A stretch of DNA of 29,552 bases from a virus. The stretch lies in the IMG/VR virus record IMGVR_UViG_3300008452_005759; one strand, given 5' to 3'. Position numbers and translations under genes: made by a program. The notes beneath the pieces are model-generated. The model saw only the letters and a list, made by a program, of their open reading frames with translations, was not told where the DNA came from and ran no database searches. Positions 6,648-13,539 of this stretch are shown piece after piece (position 1 is the first letter of the stretch; each line of letters opens with the position of its first letter).

Positions 6648-7295
6648 ATGAACTATGACGCTTTGTCTAATAATGATGATGATCTTTTTTCTGATAATTC
6701 CTCAGATAACACGAATCAAACATTTACTTCAGATTCTGGCATTGATAATTTATTAAACTCTTTAGATATAAATCTTGAAGAAGTTGACTCAATGCTTTTT
6801 CGGGCAAGAATCGTAACAACTCTTATTGACACTGCTAATAAGTTTGTTTATGAAACCAATTCATACAATAGGACTATATTTAATACTCTTAATTCTTTAA
6901 CTGACGGACAGTTTCAGTATACTCTTTATGCTGAAACTCTCGAAGAAGGAATCTATCGTAGACTTCTTATTTTAGATTTTCTAAAGTCTTGTACTGATCA
7001 GATGGACGAAAAGATCTTAGCTCTTATATCTAAGGCCACAAGTTCCAATCTTGATTCTCGGTTTATCAATACATATATTGTATCTATGAAGAATATACTT
7101 GAATATTCTATTGACTACAATATTTCCATTTACAATAAAATTTGTGAACAAATAAATAGAAGTCCTATTTCTTTTGATATTGATAACAACTTTGATTTAA
7201 TGCATACATACATAAATCCTACTAGTTATATTAATAGTGTATTTACTAATATTAAGAAATCTTTAGGATTTGGAATCAAACTTGAGTCAGACTAA
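6648..7295 (+). CDS. hypothetical protein
   Basis: 215-aa ATG ORF with an Asn/Asp/Ser-rich N-terminus. Confidence 0.6.
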   Translation: MNYDALSNNDDDLFSDNSSDNTNQTFTSDSGIDNLLNSLDINLEEVDSMLFRARIVTTLIDTANKFVYETNSYNRTIFNTLNSLTDGQFQYTLYAETLEEGIYRRLLILDFLKSCTDQMDEKILALISKATSSNLDSRFINTYIVSMKNILEYSIDYNISIYNKICEQINRSPISFDIDNNFDLMHTYINPTSYINSVFTNIKKSLGFGIKLESD

Positions 7296-7323
7296 AAAAC
7301 AAATTCATCAAGCCAAAGTAAAC

Positions 7324-7653
7324 ATGAACTCTGAATGGCAGCATCTTGCTGCTTGCCGTTCTACACCAAAAGAAGACGACTTCTTTGATACTAGAGAAGT
7401 TTATCTTAGAACCTTATCTAGAAGATATTGTCATTCTTGTCCTGTTAGAACTCAGTGTTTATATGTTGCGTTAGTTAATGATGATATTTATGGCCTTTGG
7501 GGAGCTCTTACTCCAAAGCAAAGAAAGTACTATCTTCGTCAGATTTATTCTTACGCAGAAGAACATAACATTCCTACAAACGATTGGAGCCATGAGTTAG
7601 ATGAAGTCTTCCAACTCTTCTCAACGCTTCCAAAGATTAAGCAGTATTTTTAA
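7324..7653 (+). CDS. whiB: WhiB-like (Wbl) Fe-S transcription factor
   Basis: EWQHLAACRS...RRYCHSCPVRTQCLYVAL...IYGLWGALTPKQRK shows the four-Cys C-x(n)-C-x2-C-x5-C pattern plus the G(V/L)WGG-like turn of WhiB proteins. The first ATG after the upstream stop is 7324; the track start at 7270 is TTG. Confidence 0.8.
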   Translation: MNSEWQHLAACRSTPKEDDFFDTREVYLRTLSRRYCHSCPVRTQCLYVALVNDDIYGLWGALTPKQRKYYLRQIYSYAEEHNIPTNDWSHELDEVFQLFSTLPKIKQYF

Positions 7654-8086
7654 CTATAAAAAAATACCAAAATCTTTTTATACACTTGGCTCATTGTTAG
7701 CTTTTGCAGCTATCAACTACACAGTTATACATAGCCCTGTAGTTTTATTGGCAACTCTTGGACTATTAGTGCATGAGCTTGCTCATTACTTCTATGCAAA
7801 AGCATACAAGGCAAAGGTCTCTCTTCCAATATTTTTACCTTTTCCTTTTATCGCAATTGCGTTTGTTAAAGTAAAAGATTTGCATTTGTCGCATAAACCC
7901 TATGTTGCAATAGCTGGTATGATCTTTGCTTCTTTAATGTATTTATTTACTTTTATATTTAATTTTTATCATTCTTTTTATTCTATATGTATACCTTTAA
8001 TTTTTATTACATTTGAACTTTTATTTAACATCATTGGTTCTGACGGTATGAAATTCCGTTCATCCAGATCGAGAATGGCTGTATAA
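7601..8086 (+). CDS. small polytopic membrane metalloprotease, M50/site-2-protease-like
   Basis: HELAH (HExxH) sits inside a TM helix (LLVHELAHYFYAK). The later LFNIIGSDG resembles the NxxPxxxxDG motif. Several hydrophobic segments. The start is uncertain, since ATG 7601 overlaps whiB by 53 nt. Confidence 0.5.
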   Translation: MKSSNSSQRFQRLSSIFNYKKIPKSFYTLGSLLAFAAINYTVIHSPVVLLATLGLLVHELAHYFYAKAYKAKVSLPIFLPFPFIAIAFVKVKDLHLSHKPYVAIAGMIFASLMYLFTFIFNFYHSFYSICIPLIFITFELLFNIIGSDGMKFRSSRSRMAV

Positions 8087-8230
8087 CTATGCATCTTTTA
8101 ATCCTTCCATTAATTGCTTTTAATCTTCGTATTAAAAACAAAAATACAAGGACTCGTTACATGATGGATATAGCTAATTATGGTTTAACAAATTCTATTA
8201 TCCACTCAAACAATTTAATTGGAGAACTAC

Positions 8231-8491
8231 ATGAATCTCAAACAAAAGAAAGAGAACCTATCTCTCAAAATCAATAACTCTCTTGAGGATTATTATTTTG
8301 ATGTCCAGTCAATGGGCTCTCCTTCTGCACTAGATGAATCCCAATTAGCAAAGCTTGTTACTAAGCTTGCTGTCGGTGTTGCCACCGTATGGTGGACTGC
8401 TTTAGAGTTGAAGGATTATATAAAACTTCGAAAAGCCCACTCAGAATTTGAGGAAAGTATTAATGACTTCTTATCCAGAAAAGATTCCTAA
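8231..8491 (+). CDS. hypothetical protein
   Basis: ATG 8231 lies 5 nt after ATTGGAGA (8218-8225). Confidence 0.55.
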   Translation: MNLKQKKENLSLKINNSLEDYYFDVQSMGSPSALDESQLAKLVTKLAVGVATVWWTALELKDYIKLRKAHSEFEESINDFLSRKDS

Positions 8492-8867
8492 GTCTGCTTC
8501 TCAGCAGATGAAGAACTTTTATTTTAATCTAGATTCTTCTAAGATTGTAAAATCAGATCTTGAAAATCAAATATCTAATCTTGATGATCGCATCAATAAA
8601 ATTGTTGATCATTTTACTTTAGATGATATTCCAATTATTCGTTTTATTTTAGGACAAAGCCACGACAAGGAAGAGCTTAAAAAACTTTCTAAAGCCTTAG
8701 ATCGTGTTGCTGATCTTGTTGAAGTAAAAGACAAACTGATAGAGAAACTTCAAGTTATTAAAACAGCAGAGAAAGATCCGAACTGGTTCGCTCTTACATT
8801 TGGTGACTTCTCTATTGATGTTGACCTTGAACTAGACAATATTTTATACGGAGATACAAATGACTGA
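8463..8867 (+). CDS. hypothetical coiled-coil protein
   Basis: ATG 8463 is preceded by GAGGA. The stop overlaps the start of the next gene (ATGACTGA at 8860-8867). Confidence 0.55.
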   Translation: MTSYPEKIPKSASQQMKNFYFNLDSSKIVKSDLENQISNLDDRINKIVDHFTLDDIPIIRFILGQSHDKEELKKLSKALDRVADLVEVKDKLIEKLQVIKTAEKDPNWFALTFGDFSIDVDLELDNILYGDTND

Positions 8868-10680
8868 TACATTTAATTATGCTTTTGTTAAGAATGAAGA
8901 AGGAAACTTTTCTGTTCGGTCTACAGTTAAATCTTTTAATTTAGATCACGTTACAGATAAAGATATTATTTCTTTTTATCATTCTTTTTCTAGCTATGCT
9001 TCTTTTGACACCGGCCTTCTTCCTTTGAATGGAACTGGTGTATTAGCTATTCGCACTGCTGGTCCTCACACTCAGGTCGTCACTCAGCATGCCCCTGGCA
9101 TGTATTATGTTAACTGGGGTGCACATGAAAGAGACTCATCTGCAAAAGCATATTATGTAGCTCAGCCATACCGTATTGTTATTGGTGATTTTGAAAATGG
9201 CAATCTTCTCGGTGCCAGAATGTTTTACTCACCTTTTCCAATTACTTCTCCTAGCAACATACTTTATCACGTAAACCTTCCTAACATTAACTGTAAGGGT
9301 TACCGTGGAAATGGTGTTGGTTGGATCTGCTTGTATCACACAGATGATTGGTCATCTCTTCCTTTTAATGAAAAGGTTGCTCGCTTTGTTGAGCGTTGTT
9401 CTGGCGTAGAAACATACAACGATGCTAACATGTCTGAGACTGATGGTCCTCGTTTTTATGCTGCGCACGGCAAGCCTGAATATATAACTAATCCTGCTTC
9501 TTGGCAGCAAAAGTCAGAAGAAGGATTTGTTTGGACATTAGATGACGATTTGTGGATTCCTGTTCTTGTTAAAGATATGGACCACCAAGACAGGCACTAT
9601 GAAGATGGCGAGCCATTGACTTTAGCTATGGCAATGCTTGGCAACTATCAGGCTTATTACACTGATAAAAACATTCCCAAGATGTACAATGTTATTTCTC
9701 GTAGCGATCTTTCTTTGAGTAATTCTAATATTGCTGACTTTATTAAGCGTTCTTTTGCTTCTGCTCCTGTTGTTTATCAGCACCAAACAAAAGACGATCC
9801 GTATGCATTTACTGTAAACCATCGTCAGCAAAATGGTTCTCCTGTTTTAAATCCTAATATTTTTATTTCAAACGATGAATCAGATCACATTACTTGTGCT
9901 GATTGCGAAGAGCTTTATCAGTCAGATGATATTAACTACACTGCTTATGATTCTCCTGTTTGTGAAAATTGCCTTCATGAGAATTACATTTTCATAGAGA
10001 GTGCTGATAAGTGGTATTACACAAGCGATGATGACCTTGTTTACTCAGAAATTGATGATTGTTATTATCATGGCGATTATGACCAAATAACTCTTTGTCA
10101 TTCTTGTGATAATTATTTTGGTACTCCCGGAAATATTCACAATACCCAAGAAAAACATCTTTCCAAGATTTATTGGGACCAATCCAAGAATCATATTTGC
10201 ATAGACTGTTTTAACGACATTGTTAATCCTCCTGTACCATTTGAAGATGATCCTTCTATCGTTACTTCGCAATGCGTTGGATGTAGCAAAAAAGTAATAA
10301 CCAATACTGGTTGGTCTTCTGTTTACCCAGAATTTAAAGCTCTTACTTATGATTCTGATTCTATGTCCATGGTTCCAAGTTCTCTTTATGCATGCCCCAG
10401 CTGTGCACCAAAGTACTATGTTTGCCCATGTGGTTTAGTTAAAGATAACTCTGAAATTAATGGACCTTGCACTCCTACTACATTTGATCTTGATGATAAA
10501 ACTCTTACTGTAAATTCTTGTTGTCAGTCTTGTCTTGGCAACGCGACAGAGCAAGATGGTTTTATCGTCATGAAGTATGTACCGTTCAGTGAAGATTCTT
10601 TTAATAAGGTCTTGAACAGTCCTATCATTAATCATGTAGCTGGTGTTTCTATCACCATAAAAGACACTGATGTCTTTTAA
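8860..10680 (+). CDS. E2/UBC-like domain protein with C-terminal multi-zinc-ribbon region
   Basis: The N-terminal ~300 aa contain a beta-meander followed by ILYHVNLPNINCKGYRGNGVGWICLYH. This matches the HPN-flap plus G-x-I-C-L catalytic-Cys layout of E2 enzymes; the candidate Cys157 codon is 9328-9330. Residues 346-558 (nt 9895-10533) hold at least six CxxC-type pairs. Confidence 0.6.
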   Translation: MTDTFNYAFVKNEEGNFSVRSTVKSFNLDHVTDKDIISFYHSFSSYASFDTGLLPLNGTGVLAIRTAGPHTQVVTQHAPGMYYVNWGAHERDSSAKAYYVAQPYRIVIGDFENGNLLGARMFYSPFPITSPSNILYHVNLPNINCKGYRGNGVGWICLYHTDDWSSLPFNEKVARFVERCSGVETYNDANMSETDGPRFYAAHGKPEYITNPASWQQKSEEGFVWTLDDDLWIPVLVKDMDHQDRHYEDGEPLTLAMAMLGNYQAYYTDKNIPKMYNVISRSDLSLSNSNIADFIKRSFASAPVVYQHQTKDDPYAFTVNHRQQNGSPVLNPNIFISNDESDHITCADCEELYQSDDINYTAYDSPVCENCLHENYIFIESADKWYYTSDDDLVYSEIDDCYYHGDYDQITLCHSCDNYFGTPGNIHNTQEKHLSKIYWDQSKNHICIDCFNDIVNPPVPFEDDPSIVTSQCVGCSKKVITNTGWSSVYPEFKALTYDSDSMSMVPSSLYACPSCAPKYYVCPCGLVKDNSEINGPCTPTTFDLDDKTLTVNSCCQSCLGNATEQDGFIVMKYVPFSEDSFNKVLNSPIINHVAGVSITIKDTDVF

Positions 10681-10724
10681 TTTAAATACAAAATAATAAC
10701 CAATTCAATTTATTGGAGAAATAT

Positions 10725-12431
10725 ATGAATACCGAAGATATCACTTATGATGATACTAAACTAGAAGATTTGAATTTCTTCTGGACTAAGTCTGGTGTGC
10801 CTTGTTTTATGGCAGATCGAGACAACATGGAAGAAATTATTGAAAACCTTGGTTTTAATATTTATTACATGATTTGCAATACCGCTGTTGATCGCAAGAT
10901 TGAAACTAAGAATGTTGGATATAACTCTGCACCTACTTCCACTACAACAACTTGGGTTACAGATCTTTCAACAAATATTGTAAAGGTTGTTAACAACTTT
11001 GTTGGCCGTTCTGTTTCTATTGTAAAAGACGAAGACCTTTATGATTTTGAAATTACTCGCGAAACAGCTGAGTATACTCTTCCTCCAATTCCTCACGATA
11101 TTGTTATAAAGCTTGACGAGTTTTTCCGTTTGGTTGATGCTCAGCATGGGACTGAGTCCATTGTTCTTTTGACTTTTGATCCTGAATTTGAAGGAAGACC
11201 TGAAGGTTGGGGCGTCCTTGTTCCAGAGCAAGTAAACACTTCTGTTCACTGTAAGTATGACTCTGAAAGCATTGTTGACCAAAAGCCTGATCATGTTATG
11301 ATTGTTGGTTCAGTTCACAGTCATCCTAACATGGCAGCTTATGCTTCTGGTACTGACCACGCAGATCAGGCTGACTTTGACGGCATCCATATTACTTATG
11401 GTTGGCAAAAGTCCGTAAATGGCGGAGCTACTCAGTATCACATTGAAATGCAGATTGGCGGAAACGCTTGGACTCTTAAGCCTGAAGATGTTTTTGAAGA
11501 TTTTGTTTTTACTAAAGAGCCAGATCCCGATGTGATTGAATGGTCTCAAAAAGTAAAAAAAGCACACCCCCCTACGGGGGGAGCTCACAACAAAACTTCA
11601 ACGCTTCCGCAGTCCACTCAAGCCCAAACGACAACCACGCAGGCGCAGGTCTCTACTCCAGTTGGGGCTACTACTAGTACTAGATTTCGTTCGATAGGTG
11701 ATCCTAGATTTCAAGAGTATCCTAACGAAATTTTTGATGCTGCTGCTAGGTCTGGCGATGCTATGTTTATAGTTGAGCTTGATTATGCTCATACTGATTT
11801 GTTCTGCTATGCTTGCGCTAATGTCATTGTTGACTTTGATTTGTTTGACCAAGTATGTCCTGTTTGCGATATAATGTTCTGCGATGCTAAAGACGGAATA
11901 TCATCTATTCTTTCTGGTGCAGCAGAGTATCTCCGAATTCGCAATAAATCTACTAACATAGATTATTATCTTTGGTCTATGGATTCAGAAGGTAAAGAGA
12001 CATTTTCTAAAATAGCCAACAAGTCTTTTGATTCTGATAGCAAAGAAGTTCCTTTCTCAATTTTGCAATCTGATGATGAGTATCCAGTAAGCGATAATAT
12101 TGATGAGTATTATTATTCTGGATTTTCAGAGAAGAGAACTGTCTGCTGCAATATTGACATTAAAGATATTGAACTTTGTAAGTGCGAAAATACAGTAATA
12201 TACGACGACATTTTAGATTTTGATGTCGCTCATCCATATGATGTTTACAGTCGAAATGACTCTTGTATACATTGTCAGTATTATTACTCTAGAGAGTGCA
12301 CACCTTATTACACTTCTATCATAGAATTTGTAAAAACAAGAAGACCGATGGAATCGTCAATTCAACCCTGTTCAGATTGGGTTGAGCATCGTGATGATAC
12401 CTATCTCGAAAAAGGATATTTATATGACTGA
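10725..12431 (+). CDS. JAB/MPN (JAMM) metalloisopeptidase with Thr/Gln-rich linker and Cys-rich C-terminal domain
   Basis: ATG 10725 lies 5 nt after ATTGGAGA. An intact JAMM signature VHSHPNMAAYASGTD (HxH-x7-S-x2-D, nt 11316-11357) has the upstream Glu in GTESIV. The C-terminus carries CYAC...CPVC, CC...CKC and CIHC...C clusters (nt 11805-12299). Confidence 0.85.
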   Translation: MNTEDITYDDTKLEDLNFFWTKSGVPCFMADRDNMEEIIENLGFNIYYMICNTAVDRKIETKNVGYNSAPTSTTTTWVTDLSTNIVKVVNNFVGRSVSIVKDEDLYDFEITRETAEYTLPPIPHDIVIKLDEFFRLVDAQHGTESIVLLTFDPEFEGRPEGWGVLVPEQVNTSVHCKYDSESIVDQKPDHVMIVGSVHSHPNMAAYASGTDHADQADFDGIHITYGWQKSVNGGATQYHIEMQIGGNAWTLKPEDVFEDFVFTKEPDPDVIEWSQKVKKAHPPTGGAHNKTSTLPQSTQAQTTTTQAQVSTPVGATTSTRFRSIGDPRFQEYPNEIFDAAARSGDAMFIVELDYAHTDLFCYACANVIVDFDLFDQVCPVCDIMFCDAKDGISSILSGAAEYLRIRNKSTNIDYYLWSMDSEGKETFSKIANKSFDSDSKEVPFSILQSDDEYPVSDNIDEYYYSGFSEKRTVCCNIDIKDIELCKCENTVIYDDILDFDVAHPYDVYSRNDSCIHCQYYYSRECTPYYTSIIEFVKTRRPMESSIQPCSDWVEHRDDTYLEKGYLYD

Positions 12432-13173
12432 ACCTAAAAGAATAGTTCTTGTTGGAGCAGGTGGCATTGGCACTTGGCTTGCTGAGGGCGTAGTTAGAAT
12501 GCTGGAATGGAAGTTTCCAGGTTCTGCTTTGATTATTGTCGACGGAGATAATTATGAGGCTAAGAACTTAGAGCGTCAAAACTTTAGCCAGATGGGTAAT
12601 AAAGCATCTGTTAAAGCATTAGAGCTTTCCAAGCAATTTACTAATACAATGATTATTCCCATTCCAAAGTGGGTTGTATCAGATGATCATCGTGATACAG
12701 ATGAAGATTCAAACAAAATAAAAGCATCTGAGTTGATAACAGAAGGAGACGTAGTCTTGGCTGTTGTTGACAATTTTGCTGCTCGTAAAATTTTGTTTGA
12801 CGCAGCATCAAAGATCGACAATATCGATGTATTTACCGGTGGCAATGATGATAACCTGTTTGGCAGTGTTTATCATTATCGTCGGCGTGATGGACACGAT
12901 ATAACTTCTCATCCTGTAGAGACACATCCAGAGTACCAAAGTCCACCTGATAGAAATCCAGGTGAAATGTCTTGTCAGGAGAGAGCAGAAGTAGAAGGCG
13001 GAACACAGATTCTTGCTACCAACATGGCTGTTGCAGCCCTTCTACTCGGTCGTATTCAGCACACAATTGTGTCTGAACAAAATCCAGAACAGTCGGAGAT
13101 CTACTTTGATCTTGGGCTGGGAATGGCTCAACCTTTCAATCGTATGGTTGAAAGTCTAGTAAACATATCATAA
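12424..13173 (+). CDS. ThiF/MoeB-family E1-like adenylyltransferase
   Basis: ATG 12424 overlaps the JAB stop (ATGACTGA). Motifs: IVLVGAGGIGTW (GxGxxG Rossmann loop), DGDNYEAKNLERQNF (D-x-D...NL-x-RQ) and VVDNFAARK (DN..R). Confidence 0.85.
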   Translation: MTEPKRIVLVGAGGIGTWLAEGVVRMLEWKFPGSALIIVDGDNYEAKNLERQNFSQMGNKASVKALELSKQFTNTMIIPIPKWVVSDDHRDTDEDSNKIKASELITEGDVVLAVVDNFAARKILFDAASKIDNIDVFTGGNDDNLFGSVYHYRRRDGHDITSHPVETHPEYQSPPDRNPGEMSCQERAEVEGGTQILATNMAVAALLLGRIQHTIVSEQNPEQSEIYFDLGLGMAQPFNRMVESLVNIS

Positions 13174-13190
13174 CAACCAGGAGTAATCTC

Positions 13191-13442
13191 ATGGAACTTA
13201 ATTCACAGTCCAACAATACAGCATCTTCGTCTGGTGTAGCAAACGTCCGTTACGGCGTCTACAACCAGCCTGCTCCAGTTTCTGGCAAGACAATTGGCCA
13301 GGTTCGCGAGCAGTTCAGCAAGCTTTGGGGCATTAGCTCAGACGCAATTGCCTACAAGGGCAAGGACAAGCTCGACGAGAACTATGTCATTCAGGCTAAT
13401 GACAACATCGAGTTCCACCGTCGCGCAGGCGAAAAGGGCTGA
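13191..13442 (+). CDS. ubiquitin-like / ThiS-MoaD-like beta-grasp protein ending in Gly
   Basis: 83 aa. AGGAG (13179-13183) lies 7 nt before the ATG. The pattern VRYGV...GKTIGQVREQFSKLWGI...AYKGKDKLDENYVIQANDNIEF fits a beta-grasp fold, and the C-terminus is ...RRAGEKG-stop. It sits directly after the E1 gene. Confidence 0.65.
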   Translation: MELNSQSNNTASSSGVANVRYGVYNQPAPVSGKTIGQVREQFSKLWGISSDAIAYKGKDKLDENYVIQANDNIEFHRRAGEKG

Positions 13443-13458
13443 TTTAACCTTTCTTCAT

Positions 13459-13502
13459 GGGGGGGACACCGACTTCGGTTTGTGTCCCCCCCACCTTTTT
13501 TT
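13459..13502 (+). terminator. Rho-independent terminator
   Basis: Stem gggggggacaccgac / gtttgtgtccccccc (13459-13473 / 13478-13492, one mismatch and one G:U) is capped by the tetraloop TTCG. A T7 run follows at 13496-13502. Confidence 0.85.
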
Positions 13503-13539
13503 AAAAGGCTATAATTTATTCTATACTATTGGAGACGCA

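Noticed and set aside
8089-8277. 62-aa ORF between the M50-like gene and the 8231 gene
   Set aside because: It is possibly real, since ATG 8089 lies right after the upstream stop. However, it overlaps the SD-supported 8231 gene by 47 nt and has no recognisable features. It is left unannotated as uncertain.
9622-11852. Minus-strand track ORFs 9622..9831, 10045..10272, 10435..10635, 10968..11294, 11310..11588 and 11598..11852
   Set aside because: They lie entirely antisense to the long motif-bearing E2-like and JAB genes. They are Ile/Asn/Arg/Lys-rich with no SDs, so they are typical shadow ORFs.
13294-13539. N-terminal 82 codons of track ORF 13294..15141, which would give a 615-aa AAA protein
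   Set aside because: This part is an alternative frame of the Ubl gene and then reads straight through the G/C hairpin and T-run terminator. A GTG at 13540 with an ATTGGAGA box gives a clean start after the terminator.
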